A DNA stretch of 64,000 nucleotides from Octopus sinensis (GCF_006345805.1 NC_042997.1:15066001-15130000), one strand, 5' to 3'. Positions 36,935-50,449 are shown, counted from the stretch's first letter. Program-made: numbers and translations. Notes: generated by a model from the letters alone, not told the origin.

Positions 36935-37813
36935 GCACTATTTCCTCATAATCATCATGATAATTTCAATGTCTGCTTTTCCATGCTGGCATGGGTTGGA
37001 TGAGACATTTTGTGGCAGAATTATTTGTTTTTATGAATGCATGCCTTTCTAGATACCATTTTGTTTGAGGGTGGTGATTTTCTTTTGTTCATATTGAAGC
37101 AATGCAAACTATATTATGATCAGTGCTTGTGAAGGTAACCTTGTGAGATTTACACAAAAAATATATATTTACAGCTGTTAATAGTAACCTACTTCTTCAT
37201 TGCATATAGTTATTAGAATTGTCAGGCTAGTAACTGTTTATGTAGGCAAGAATCAGATTGGAAATATTATCTGAAGTTATGTAAGCTGTTCTATTGGGAA
37301 ATGTGGTAGAGGCTGATGTTTTATAGGAATTAAAATTTAAAGCATTATCTTCTGTTGGTAATCTGCATCAGTGAAGCATGAGACAATGTGATACTTGCTG
37401 TCCTATTTTTACAAATGTATAAATTGCTTCCTCTAGATACTGAATACTGATTTTCTATATAAGCAGAGGGCTTTAAATCCATAGGAGATGAAATGAGATT
37501 GTGTATGACGGTTATGTATTTCTCAAGAACATTGCATTGGTCAGGGATAAACTCTGTGAGGCTTGCTATGGTATAGTCAGTTTTAAATTCCATTCATACC
37601 CCGAGTGTTGTTGCTGCTGTTGTTATAACTGGAAAAACATATCAGTCTACATTTTTGAATAAAATATTCAGTGTAATAAATTACTAATTGTATTTTAAAA
37701 ATAACAGTAAAACAATAACCAAAAATATTAATTTCTGGCAAAGGCCGAAGTCTACAAATATTGGTGGAAGGGTGTAATCAGTCTAACTGACCTTCTGCTA
37801 CTTATTTTCTGTA

Positions 37814-38200
37814 GAGGCGCAATGGCCCAGTGGTTAGGGCAGCGGACTCGCGGTCATAGGATCGCGGTTTCGATTCCCAGACCGGGCGTTGTGAGTGTTT
37901 ATTGAGCGAAAACACCTAAAGCTCCACGAGACTCCGGCAAGGGATGGTGGTGATCCCTGCTGTACTCTTTCACCTCAACTTTCTCTCACTCCACTCTTAC
38001 TTCCTGTTTCTGTTGTACCTGTATTTCAAAGGGCCGGCCTTGTCACTCTCAATGTCACGCTGAATATCTCCGAGAACTACGTTAAGGGTACACGTGTCTG
38101 TGGAGTGCTCAGTCACTTACACGTTAATTTCACGAGCAGGCTGTTCCGTTGATTCGGATCAACCGGAACCCTCATCGTCGTAACCGACGGAGTGCTTCCA
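37814..38200 (+). mobile_element. SINE family B, tail type a, full length
   Basis: Near-identical to 8817-9196. Confidence 0.85.
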
Positions 38201-38469
38201 CTTAACCTGGGTTTGGGTTATTGAATCCCTTGGAGTGGTGAATTACTCAGGTGGAATTTGAAATCAGAATGGAAAAAGACATAGTCAAAAACTGTAGGGC
38301 ATTTTCTCTGGCACTCTGCTGATACATTCCTCCCCCGCTCCTCATCCTCATTGTTCTCTTCCCCTTCCCTTCATTCTCCTCCCCTCATCTTCCTCATTGT
38401 TCTCCCCTTCCCCTAGTCTTTCTTCTTTTCCTCCTCCCTTCTCCCTATTTCTTCCCTACAGACAGACAA

Positions 38470-38692
38470 TATGGAGAATCACTGTTGGGTAAAGAAGTAC
38501 CAAGTGATCCAAGTGGAAGGGATCTACAAGAGAGGAAGACCAAAGAAGACCTGGGAAGAAATGGTAGAAGTTGATCTTAGGAGGCTTTAACCTCATAAAT
38601 AAGGTGACAAAGGATCACAAAAAGTGGTGAGATATGCTGTGGAATATCCACCCAAACCATTCAAGCATGGGAGAACAGACTTATGATGATGA
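38470..38692 (+). pseudogene. Degenerate RTE 3' end with family-E-like terminus
   Basis: VEGIYKRGRPKKTWEEMVEVDL, then AAGCATGGGAGAACAGACTT(ATG)n. Confidence 0.55.
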
Positions 38693-38755
38693 TCACTGGT
38701 ATAATCTGACAGATTGGTATTCATAAGGAATATGAAATTATTTCAGACACAAACT

Positions 38756-39170
38756 TATTTCTTTATTGCTCACAAGGGGCTAAACATAGAGGGGACAAAC
38801 AAGTACAGACAAACGGATTAAGTCGATTACATCGATCCCAGTGCATAACTGGTACTTAATTTATCGACCCCGAAAGGATGAAAGGCAAAGTCGAACTCAG
38901 TGGAATTTGAACTCAGAACATAAAGATAGACGAAATACCTATTTCTTTACTACCCACAAGGGGCTAAACACGGAGAGGACAAACAAGGACAGACAAATGG
39001 ATTAAGTCGATTATATCGACCCCAGTGCATAACTGGTACTTATTTAATCGACCCTGCAGGATGAAAGGCAAAGTCAACCTCAGTGGAATTCGAACTCAGA
39101 ACATAGCAGCAGACGAAATACCACTCAGCATTTTGCCTGGCGTGCTAACGTTTCTGCCAGCTCGCCACCC
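38756..39170 (-). mobile_element. Tandem pair of SINE family C (one full, one 5'-truncated)
   Basis: Two consecutive CACAAGGGGCTAAACA..GGATTAAGTCG..GAAAGGCAAAGTC blocks. Confidence 0.8.
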
Positions 39171-39552
39171 TTTCAGACACAAACTAATATTTTGTTGTTT
39201 AATCCTGGTTAGTCATGAACAAGTACATCTATGATAAAAGGTGTTCAAAACATAAGCATGTTGTAAATTTTCAGATATAGTGTATTTAGTACCACATTAT
39301 TTTGTGTGTCATATTCTGCCCTTTTCACAACAGTGAGATCTGATATGAGTGAGATATGGCTGCTATTTCAAGAAGGTTGAATGACTAGAGAATCATTTGT
39401 TGGCATGTGATATTTACTTAGCTTAGTAAGTAGTTTCTATTAACTTCAAATGAAATTTCAGCTTCGTTGAACTTTCACTAAATGTTATTATAATTCTCTC
39501 ATCATATTGTTTATTTTCCTTCTTGGTCCTTCTGTGTTTTTCTTTTTTACAG

Positions 39553-39633
39553 GTTATAGAAGAGTTTAAAAAAGGTATTGGACCTAAACTTCAAGAACTA
39601 TTGTTAGAAAGAGCAAAATCAGCTGAAAATTGG
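39553..39633 (+). CDS. CRAT: CRAT exon (81 nt, phase 0/0): VIEEFKKGIGPKLQELLLERAKSAENW
   Basis: tttttacAG|...TGG|GTAAGA; matches the G.G..LQ..L..RA...ENW motif. Confidence 0.9.
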
Positions 39634-40563
39634 GTAAGATGTCTTTAAGAAAAATGATTGCATAGGGTCAAATTCTATAAGTTCTATAAATTCTAAAACC
39701 TTCATACCAGTTACAATTTATTTGGTACACAGCAATTGTGCAGTTGATATGGTAACAGTTCTGAAAAGACAAACAATAAGCAGTGCTAGAAATAACTGAT
39801 AATCATTAGTACATGTGTTTACTGCTTCCAATACACTAGGTACACAACCTTCATCCTCAGTTATTTTGTTCGACCACCTTCTTGCATATACAGCAACATA
39901 CTCCAGAAAGTCAGTAGAGTAGGAATTTTAAAAATGATTTTGAAAATTATTATTTTTATAACATTGTTTTAGATCTGTGAGTGCTACAGGGTAAAAAGTA
40001 AACTGTGAGAAGCTAAATTCCTAACTTGTAGCTGTATCACATTATTATATAAACACCAGAGTGTTTTAGCTAAAATTGTTTTCATTTAGCTCTAGGTCGG
40101 CATTGATTGGAAAGACCTTTGATCAAAGACATTCTAGGTTTGATCATCCTATCTTTTTTTTTTAATCTATAGATTGTGGTTTGAGGAAATTTGACTGCAA
40201 TTTTCAGCAGTTTAAATGCCTATGTAGAGGCACCCTCATTGGTTTTGTGATTTTAATTGATATATTATTAATTGATATATTATTAATATGATGTTTGGAA
40301 CACAGCTTAGAAATAATTCTTACCTAAAACTCTAATGACTTTTTTACCATATTATACTTTTAATCATAAAATAATGAAGTTTCAATTAAGATTTTAATTT
40401 AAATATGGAAAGTTTATTGCAGGTTATTTCAAATAGGTCTGTACCATAAGACTCATTATAGCATAGAACACTGGAAAAGTTAAAATAGCTTCAAATCCTT
40501 TTGTTGGCATGTTTTATGTCTGAGAAACAATGTCTTTGCTAAGGAATTTAATTCTTCTTGCAG

Positions 40564-40682
40564 CTTTCACAGTGGTGGTTACATTATGGCTACTTAAGTG
40601 TTAGGTCCCCAGTGGTTATCAATTCTAATCCAGGGATGCTTTTGCCATTGCAGAAATTTGAAGGAGAAAAAGAACAATTGAA
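40564..40682 (+). CDS. CRAT: CRAT exon (119 nt, phase 0/2): LSQWWLHYGYLSVRSPVVINSNPGMLLPLQKFEGEKEQL
   Basis: cttgcAG|...AA|GTAAGT; WW...YL..R.P..INSNP family motif. Confidence 0.92.
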
Positions 40683-41039
40683 GTAAGTACTGTTTTCTTT
40701 TTCTTTCAAAGACCTTCACTTGAAATATTAGTTTTTGTTTTATCATATAATACCTCATTATAGACTTGAATTGAATTTCTGGTACTTCTTTGGAATCCCC
40801 CTCCCCCCATAACTTTTGAACTAGTAATTTTTATTTTTTCAGATTCATATGTTTTCGCTATCAGTTTATGGTTTAGAAAAAAAAAATTATTTTAATACTT
40901 TGCTTGTTTTATTTGCTTTGTTTATGGTTGACAAGATGTGGTGTCGTGCACAAAATGACAGCTTCCAAATCCTGTTTCCTGATTGGGTGAAAATTATCAG
41001 ACTTTAAACCTCTATAATTTGAAATTTAAAAAAAAATTG

Positions 41040-41580
41040 ATGGTATTTTTATGTGTCACCGGCGCAGGAGCCAATCAGTGGGGACTGGCATCAACCACGT
41101 TTGGATGTTGTTTTTTATGTGCCACCAACACGGGGAGCCAGTCGCCAGTTGGGCAACACTGGTATACACACATATTACAAACCTATCATCATCATCATCA
41201 CCATCGTTTAACGTCCGTTCTCCATGCTAGCATGGGTTGGACGGTTCGACCGGGGATCTGGGAAGCCAGAAGGCTGCACCAGGCTCCAGTCTTATCTGGC
41301 AATGTTTCTACAGCTGGATGCCCTTCCTAACGCCAACCACTCCGTGAGTGTAGTGGGTGCTTTTTACGTGCCACCCGCACAGGTGCCAGGCGAGGCTGGC
41401 AATGGTCACGGTCGGATTGGTGCAATTTACGTGCCACCGGCACGGAAGCCAGTCGAGGCGGCGCTGGCATCGGCCACGAGTTGGATAGTGCTTTTTACGT
41501 ACCACCAGTCCAGGGGTCCTGTCATCTGCCGGGTGCCAGTCATAGGATTGGTTCAATTCGATTTCGATTTCACTTGCCCC
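41040..41580 (-). mobile_element. Family E repeat(s)
   Basis: (CAT)n plus reverse complement of 5648-5971. Confidence 0.75.
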
Positions 41581-42613
41581 AACATGTCTTCGCAATTACA
41601 AACCTAGTAATCAACAAATATGGAAACAAAATGCTCAAGTACCTCATATGCCAAGATTGTTGTTTTTCAAGACAGCAAGCCAGTGGTTAGAGTGTCAAGC
41701 TCAATTCATTATACTAATGAATGGATGTCATCATCATCGTTTAACGTCCGTTTTCCATGCTGGCATGGGTTGGATGGTTCAACTGGTGGTCTGGGAAGCC
41801 AGGAGGCTGCACCAGGCTCCAATCTGATCTGGCGCTGTTTCTGCAGTTGGATGCCCTTCCCAATGCCAACTGCTCCAAGAGTGTAAGTGGGTGCTTTTTA
41901 TCCAGGTTGAGGAAATAGTTCAGAAAAAGACTTCATAACCTTGTTTTTATTTCCTGAGGTCAAATTTTACCTTCAACTTTCAAGATCAATAAAATAATAC
42001 CAATATCGTGTGGTGAATTGGTAGACCTATAAGAACATCAGAATCAATGTTTTGTGGTATTTGTTTATGGTTTTTGTGTTCTGAGTTTAAATCCTTCTGT
42101 AGCCTACATAGATGGTAGACCTAATCCGTGGTTTGGTTTCATTCTGTTGGGTCAGGTTTCCAGTTTGAAGATAAGCTTCCTCCCTTCTTCCCACCAGTCT
42201 TGGAAGCCCTATAAAGGGTTGTAGATGCTGTTTTCCTTTCCCTCCTGACTGAAATATAAAATAAAATGCTAGTGTAAACTACTACTACTCCTTACCTCCT
42301 CCCTCAAATGTTCATCTCCCTCTTTATTTTCTACACTCTCTACTACTCCTCTCTCTTCCCCTTTAGCTTCTCTTTCAGTTTGTGTTTATCTATAAATACC
42401 TCTATATGTGCACACTTTCTGAGTTCAAATCTCATTGGGGTTGAGTCTGTGATCCAAACTGCTTGACTTGATAAAATAAGTACCAGTCATGTACTCGTGT
42501 TGATTTAATTGACCAAGTTCTTTGTCTACAAATTTGTGGCATTGAAATAGTATCAAAGAGAAAAAATAGTAAAGAGAAGCCATTATCTTCTCTTTCGTTA
42601 TAGGCAAGGATTG

Positions 42614-44106
42614 TACTACTACTACTACGGCAATCCTTCAAGGTCGAGGATGATGGTCTTCGCGCAAATTTATTGGTGAGTTTGCAGGTGACTGATAAGA
42701 CCAATTCTTGCTCGAAAAGATCGGTCACAGTGCAGACATCTAGTGCCGGAAGGGAGAGTCGCACGTGGTTGTTGTTGGCACTCCTTCCGTCGCCGTCTTT
42801 TCTCCTCCAGCTCTGCAGACCTTTTCAACTCGAAATTCGCCGTTCCCTCATGGATGGTGGTTTTCCAGAGTGGTCTGTTTTTTGCCGTTTCCTCCCAGTT
42901 GGTGAAGTCAATGTCACACTTTTTGAGGTTCGATTTCAGGGAGTCCTTGTAGCGTTTCTTCTGGCCTCCTTTTGTACACTTGCCGTCTTTGAGTTGGGAG
43001 TAGAAGATCTGTTTGGGAAGTCGTTCGTCAGTCATTCTAAACATGTGGCCGCTCCATCTTAGTTGGCCTTTGATGACATAGGCTTCGATGCTGGTCATTT
43101 TTGCTTCTTGTAGCACGCTGATGTTCTTCTGTCTTCCCAGCTGATGTTGAGGATCTTCCGAAGACAGCGTTGGTGAAATTTCTCAAGTGTTTTCAGGTGG
43201 TGACTATACGGGGTCCAGGTTTCGGATGCGTAAAGGAGGGTTGGAATAATGACTGCCCTGTACACCATGATTTTGGTTTCAGTTCGGATGTCCCGATCAG
43301 CAAAAACTCTTGTTCGAAGCTTGCCGAAAGCTGTTCCTGCACACTTCAGACGGTGTTGGATTTCATCGCTGAGGTCTACCTTTGCTGACAGATGGCTCCC
43401 AAGGTAGCAGAAGTGGTTCACATTTTCCAGTGGATTTCCTTCGAGTTGAATCAATGGCAGGTTGTCAACACAGGCATTGGGGGGAGGTTGGTAGAGTAAG
43501 TGAGTCTTCTTGATGTTGATGCTCAGTCCAAGTTTAGTATATGCATGATGAAAAGCATTTAGGATCTGTTGGAGGTGATCTTCTCTGTGAGCTGCTACAC
43601 TGTTGTCGTCAGCATATTGGAACTCTAGCAAGCTTTGCACCATTGTCTTTGATGTACTTTTGAGGCGAGCGAGGTTGAAAAGCTTGCCGTCCATTCTGTA
43701 CGAGATCTCGATGCCAGGTGGAAGGTCATTGCGTATGATGTGCAACACTGTCGCGATAAAGATGGTAAAGAGAGTTGGCGCTATCACGCAGCCTTGCTTC
43801 ACTCCGGAGGTGACTTTAAAGGGCTCAGAACTGCCTCCGTCGGTCTGGACTCTGGCGTGCATATTGTTGTGGAGGAGTTTGAGGATCCGGATGAACTTAT
43901 CTGGGCATCCATACTGGGCGAGAATATCCCAGAGGAGCTCTCGCGAGACACGATCAAAGGCTTTGGATAGGTCGATAAAGGCCAAGTAGAGCGGTTGGTG
44001 TTGCTCACAACATTTTTCTTGTAGCTGTCGCAGCGTGAAGATCATGTTGGTTGTGCTTTGTGATGGCCTAAAGCCGGTTTGTGTCTCAAGAAGGATCCTC
44101 TCTGAC
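42614..44106 (-). mobile_element. Young 5'-truncated RTE LINE with (TAG)n tail and 12-bp TSD; one frameshift
   Basis: TSD AGGCAAGGATTG at 42602-42613 and 44107-44118; RT motifs FIDLSKAFDRV, GVKQGCVIAPTLF, QYADD; ORFs 43095-44123 and 42670-43116 join across a small deletion at about 43125. Confidence 0.92.
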
Positions 44107-44759
44107 AGGCAAGGATTGCACACAGATGAAGATGTATAGGATTATAAACTTTTTTGTATCTAGTTCTACACCTCACATTTTTGTGTGCAAATTCTTTCAA
44201 ATTTTAAATTACCCTGAATTGATAAATATATTGTAACTACTTTAGTCTAACATAACTCCTAGTTCTTATAAAATGCACTTTGTACTTCACTGTTGAAATG
44301 ATAAAGTTGGGGGTTACCTGTTCCCAGAGCTGGTTTTATACAAATTAGATTTATTCAAATTGAGCTCCATACCAAGAGAGGGCTCTGCGCACATGCTTGA
44401 ATGGAGGATACTCTGATGAATTTTTACTACATCATTATAACTAATGGTAGAGCTGCAATCCCTCAATTCTTTTTGGCTGGGACTGGTGTACTACACGAAG
44501 CATAAAAGATCAATCTTCAACTTTTGTAAATCAGAGGGCCCCATTGACAATTCTCTATTTGAGCTGTGCACTTCCTAGTGCTGGCCTTGCCTGTACCTCA
44601 GTGGTAAGTTTTTGACAAACTATGTCTGATACATTTTTGATTCTCTATTGAAACCATTTCAATTTCTGTGTAAATGTTATTCAAAAAGGTAAGTGCTTTG
44701 CAAAATTACATCTCTCCCACAAAAATCTGATCTCTCAATCTTTATTCTCTCTTTGTTAG

Positions 44760-44813
44760 GTTTGCTGCAAAAATCATATCTGGAATTCTGGATTACAAGA
44801 TCATGTTAGATGA
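44760..44813 (+). CDS. CRAT: CRAT exon (54 nt, phase 2/2): FAAKIISGILDYKIMLD
   Basis: ctttgttAG|...GA|GTAAGT; matches vertebrate CRAT RFAAKLIEGVLDFKVMID. Confidence 0.9.
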   Translation, partial: VCCKNHIWNSGLQDHVR

Positions 44814-44830
44814 GTAAGTATCAGAATAAC

Positions 44831-45512
44831 ATACTCTTTTACTCTTTTACTTGTTTCAGTCATTTGACTGCGGCCATGCTGGAGCACTGCCTTTTAATCG
44901 AGCAACTCGACCCCGGGACTTATTCTTTTGTAAGCCCAGTACTTATTCTATCGGTCTCTTTTGCCGAGCCGCTAAGTTACGGGGACATAAACACACCAGC
45001 ATCGGCTGTCAAGCAATGCTAGGGGGACAAACACAGACACACAAACACACACACGCTTACATATATATATATATATATACGACGGGCTTCTTTCAGTTTC
45101 CGTCTACCAAATCCACTCACAAGGCTTTGGTCGGCCCGAGATTATAGTAGAAGACACTTGCCCAAGGTGCCACGCAGTTCCGGGTTCAGTCTCACTGCAT
45201 GGCACCTTGGCCAAGTGTCTTCTACTATTGCCTCGGGCCGGCCAAAGCCTTGTGAGTGGATTTGGTAGACGGAAACTGAAAGAAGCCCATCATATATATG
45301 TGTGTGTCTGTGTTTGTCCCCACCAACATCACTTGACAACCGGTGCTGGTGTGTTTGCGTCCTCATAACTTAGTGGTTTGGCAAAAGAGACCGATAGAAT
45401 AAGTACTAGGCTTACAAAGAATAAGTCCTGGGGTCGATTTCTTCGACTAAAGGCGGTGCTCCAGCATGACTGCAGTCAAATGACTGCAACAAGTAAAAGA
45501 GTAAAAGAGTAT
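44831..45512. mobile_element. Head-to-head fold-back dimer of two SINE family A copies
   Basis: Arms 44831-45178 (minus) and 45194-45512 (plus), 15-nt loop. Confidence 0.85.
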
Positions 45513-45989
45513 CAAATTTAGCCATTTGTTTCACAAATTGTCAAAATTAGCAGGGATCATTAGAAAGAAAATATTTTAGCTGTTCTCAGTTATAGTTGGT
45601 TGTTTTAGATTACTTCATCCCTTGATCTTCTCCACCCACTATTCCTGGGAGGGTCTTTGGGGTACAGTCCTTAGGTATCTATCAGAAGCTACTGTCATTA
45701 CACTTTTTGGCTGGGCTCCGAAGCATGACCAATTGAGATTATGGATTTTATCCAACCATCTTGCTCTTAGTCTACTCCTAGGCCTCCTGCCAGTTGGCTT
45801 GAAGAATGTGTCTTGTGATTCTTTCTTGTGATATTCTAATATTCCTGAGATATTCTAATCTGTGACTTTTCAATGTGGAGAAATAGCTGCTGAACTTGGA
45901 GAGATTTCCTGGTCTCCAAGCTATGCAACCCTGTTGAGTTTCTTCATAAAAGCTTGAAAATCATCATCATCATCACCAGCACCAGCACC

Positions 45990-46023
<34 letters not shown>

Positions 46024-47595
46024 TCATCCTTCCATGCTAGCATGGGTTGGATGGTTTGACAGAAGCCGGTCAGGTAGAAGACTACATCAAGCTACAGTGT
46101 CTGTTTTGGCATGGTTTTTACAGCTGGATGCACTTCCTAACATCAACCACCCCATAAAATGGACTGAGTGCTTTTTACATGGCACCAGCACAATGTTGAT
46201 ACAAAAGTAAACTTTTTTTTGTTGATTATGATGACAATAAATATTTAATAATACTTTAAGACAGAAAATTGATGAAATAATTTGAGCAGGTTTAAAATAG
46301 CCACTCCTTTGTACAAAATATGATTTGAAAGAATTCCCTGCTACAGTCAATAAGACTACCTATCAGCAAAGCAATCCTTCGTGATAAGGTATAGGCTTCC
46401 AGAAAACACTTAACATTGTTTTGATAATAAACAGGATAAAAAAGAAAAAGATAGTAATTGAAACAGTTTGTTCTGCTATGCAAAATGAATGATAGATTAT
46501 CTTTTGGAGATAAAATAGTAGAAATAAATTATAGTATTTAATTTGAGATGATGGACTAGCAGACACTCTGAAGTGTAACTGATAACGTGGTCATCCAGCA
46601 GATGATAATTACAAGGTTCAAGCCCTGTCATTTCGACATCTGACATGTGGCACCCAGTTGCACCTGTACAGGTTATGTCGATTTGATGGAAGGAGTGAGC
46701 TTATTTCTACACAAACATTTCATCCCTATAAACAAATCATCTGTGTGGTTGTTTGGTAAGAAATTGTCGAACCCTCATATGTCATCTAACAATGAGAGGG
46801 TCCATTATTATATATGATGGTTTCCTCACCGTTTCTCTCTATCAAATTCACTCACAAGACATTGGTTGGCCCAAGGCTATAGTAAGAAGACTCTTGCCCA
46901 AGATGCCACTCAGTGGGATGGAACTCAGAAGTACATTTTTTCAAAGCAAGCTTCTTAACCTCATAGTTATGCTTGCTTTATAAAAATTTAATATATAGCA
47001 AAATGACCAATAACAAGTAGTTTCAAGAGTAATCCTACAAACGTGTCTTCCTTAATAGTAGTAGTATGGAGGAAATGTGCTGTAACAGTGCATTGCTACT
47101 TCCACCATTTATTGGTGATTCCCTACTCCTTGTGGATGACACCTTCACACCACTCAGGAGACAACACTCTGACCCATGGGTCTGTTTGAGTAGTCATTAC
47201 TGGTGAGGGTTTTTACAAGATTGGAAGGCAAATCCTACCTCAACCTCTTTTAGTCAACTTTTAGTATATGCAGAAGAAATGTTGGGTCTGTTCTTTGACA
47301 TTCTGTTCCTCACTCAGCTCAATCATTAAAAAATTTTAAAAATGAAAAGGGGGAACTATTGACTATTGAAAAGGTTGCAAGATGCAAAGAAAATTTTAGG
47401 AAAATAAAAATAAGAAAAAAAGTGGACATTTTACTGGTGAGTATGTTACATTATAAGGCACAAAAAGAAAATTACTCTCCCCAGACACAACAGAATACTT
47501 AGAATAAGATAAAAATATAACCAAATGATAACAAAGACAAATTTCTCTTTAGATTTCATCATTTTAATTCCTGCATTTAATGTTTTTTTTTATAG

Positions 47596-47755
47596 AAAAA
47601 GACTTCCTTTGGATAAAGTTGGACAACAGCCCCTATGTATGCAGCAGTACAATAATGTTTTCAGTGGCTGTCGTATTCCAGGTGTAAACACTGACTTTTG
47701 GAAAAAATTCTCTGATTCAAAGCCTCAACATATTATTGTTATATCTAATAACCAT
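47596..47755 (+). CDS. CRAT: CRAT exon (160 nt, phase 2/0): KRLPLDKVGQQPLCMQQYNNVFSGCRIPG...HIIVISNNH
   Basis: ttttatAG|...CAT|GTAGGT; PLCM.QY...F..CRIPG family motif. Confidence 0.92.
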
Positions 47756-48690
47756 GTAGGTGTTACAGTTGAACTTTCTTATTTTTTTAAAACTTTTAAG
47801 AAGAGAAAGGACTGTTATAAAAAAATGTTGTGTGTGTAGATCATTGGTTGTATGTGTAGGATTACTGTATTGTGATTGTACAATGTGTTTCTTGCAAAGA
47901 TAGAGTGAAAAGGGCTGTCTGTTACAAACTAAAGGCAAAATTAATTTATAAGCTTTAGAAGAAATCCTCCCATCTCTACTGTAGAATTTTGAATTTATTA
48001 TCTTCTTTGGTACAAACAAGATAATTTCTGCTGAAAGGAATTTGAAAAATTAGTTTTGAAGATTAGTGGTTATTTAGTCAGAAGTTCAAAACTTTTGCAG
48101 TCATTCTATTTTGCCTTTAGGCAAGGCATATTATTTGCCTTTGGTCACCTACCTCTATGCAATCTCTCAAATGTGCTAAAAATAGTAACCAAGTCTTCCT
48201 CAAATTATGCCTTATTGTCTTAAGGAAAACAAGGTTGTATTGGATATCCTTCTAGATCATTTAGGTCTGATAATCAGGATGTATTGTACCTGGAACACCT
48301 TTTATTGTATATAGGTTTACATGATCAGAGCTAATCTAAGGCTAATTAACAACATAATTAACATTGTTTACATCAGCTTTCCATGCTGAAGTGGAGTAAA
48401 TGGATTGTTGCTGCTATCCTAGATGATTTGATTTGGAGAACTACATCTCGTAAGTTTCATTTTGGGGTTGGTTTCTGAATCTGGATGCTGTTTCTAAGAC
48501 CAACCACCTTATGGGGTGTACTGGGTGCAGTTTTTTTTATGGAATCAGTATTAGAAAGATCGAAATGTCTTTGACAAGACTCTTCTAAACATTTGTTATG
48601 TACAGTTTTTAATATTGATCTACTAATATCTCTAAGATCCCCTTTGGTCATGAACGACCATAAGATTGCACCTAGAAAGTTCCTCTCCAA

Positions 48691-49020
48691 CACATGGCTC
48701 AGTGGTTAGAGCATCAGGCTTGCAATCACGAGGTAGTGAGTTCGATTCCTGGACCAGGCTGTGTGTTGTATTCTTGAGTAAGACACTTTATTTCACGTTG
48801 CTCCAGTTCACTCATCTGTAGAAATGAATTGCAATGTCACTGGTGCCAAGCTTTATCAGCCTTTGCCTTTCATAAAATTGGTGGCATGGAGAAGGGAGGT
48901 TGGTATGCTTAGGCAACTGCTTGTCTTCCATAAACAACCTTGCCCAGACTTGTGTCTCAGCAGGGAACTTTCTAGGAGCAATCCCATAGTCATTCATGAC
49001 CAAAGGGGGCTCTTTACCTT
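48691..49020 (+). mobile_element. SINE family D
   Basis: A and B boxes; similarity to 6091-6415. Confidence 0.8.
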
Positions 49021-49074
49021 AATATCTTTAAGTATCTGGAAGTGTACTATCATTAAAATAATAAAATGATGATG

Positions 49075-49370
49075 ATGATCACCATCATTTAACATCCGCT
49101 TTCCATGCTGGCATGGGTTGGACGATTTGACAGAGGACTGGTGAACCAGATAGCTGCACCAGGCTCCAGTCTGATCTGGCAGAGTTTCTACAGCTGGATG
49201 CCCTTCTTAACACCAACCACTCCGAGAATGTAGTGGGTGCTATTATGTCCCACTGGCACGAGGGCCAGTCTGGCAGTACTGGCAGTGGCCATGCTCAAAT
49301 GGTGTTTTTTATGTGCCACCTACACAGAAGTCAGTCCAGCGGCATTGGCAACGACCCCGCTCAAATGTAT
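49075..49370 (-). mobile_element. Family E repeat
   Basis: CCATGCTGGCATGGG terminus plus internal units. Confidence 0.7.
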
Positions 49371-49802
49371 GACAAATATATTTACGGGGGCTAGTTATTG
49401 AAAAGAGTTGTTGGACAAGTTGATAGGTGTATTAGACACTGGACTGAGAGGTCAGCAATTCATAACCTGACCACAGCTATGTGTTGTGTTGTGGCTCAGA
49501 CACTTCTTTCAACTTGCCCAGTCCAGCTAGCTGAAAATAAGTAATGCTGGGTTGGCACAGCTTGTTACTCAACATCATAAAATTAATGTCTGGTTGTTGT
49601 TCCTGTTACTTAGCACCAGTTTAACTCTGATCAGGCAGACCCATGATCATATGTATTCCTACCATGACTATATCATCTGTTTTTAGACAGTGTGTCTTAG
49701 ATTACATTATGCAATGTATCCTCTTTTAAAATGGTAGTGTATAATATAAGTGAGATTTGGCTTATCTTTCTAGCAAGTTGAATAACCATGTAGAGGCTTT
49801 CT

Positions 49803-49885
49803 CGTTAGCTCAGTTGGTAGAGCATGAGACTTTAACTGACTGCTGGCTCATTAACATGAAGTTATGAGTTCAATCCCTGCTGGTG
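49803..49885 (+). pseudogene. tRNA-Lys-like pseudogene or SINE head with an insertion
   Basis: TAGCTCAGTTGGTAGAGCATGAGACTTTAA matches the 5' half of tRNA-Lys; B box GAGTTCAATCCC displaced about 20 nt; no acceptor stem. Confidence 0.5.
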
Positions 49886-50449
49886 TAACCAAGAGAGGAG
49901 CTGGATTAATCACCAATTGATGGATACATTTGACTCATGAAAATTCTATTCATTCACTTAATCATCTGACAGGAAAGTTGATCATTCATACTGTTAGAAA
50001 TTATTTAAGATCATACGTTCAAAAATAAATATAATAATGAGTAGTTAAATTTCTTACAATCTATCTCACGAAAAAAAAAAAAAACAACAAAAAAAATTTT
50101 AAAAAAGCACAAACAAAACAAATCTAAGTTTTTAAGGATTACTACTGAAGGAGCCTCTTTGCAGTCATTCAATTTGCTGGAAATTGCTGTCAAATCTTCA
50201 CATTTCACCAAGCATTTTTAACTGTGTTAATTTATGTTCCAAATACCAGTTTAATATTGACAAAATCATTTTAGTAAATATTAATAGTTATCGCCAAGCT
50301 AATATGGTAGTCCATAAATATAAGACTAAAGCTGCTGTTGATTAGCTCCAAGAGGCCATCGCCTCTAGCTAGCTATATGACACACGAACCTGTGTCCATT
50401 ATAACCTTCGAACAGGGGAGGTCAGCCACTTCCCCTTGCTGGTCAGACA

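Noticed and set aside
44400-44612. Strong donor-like CAGTG|GTAAGT at about 44603 suggesting an extra CRAT exon
   Set aside because: No open frame with CRAT similarity, and the known exons already join in phase without it.
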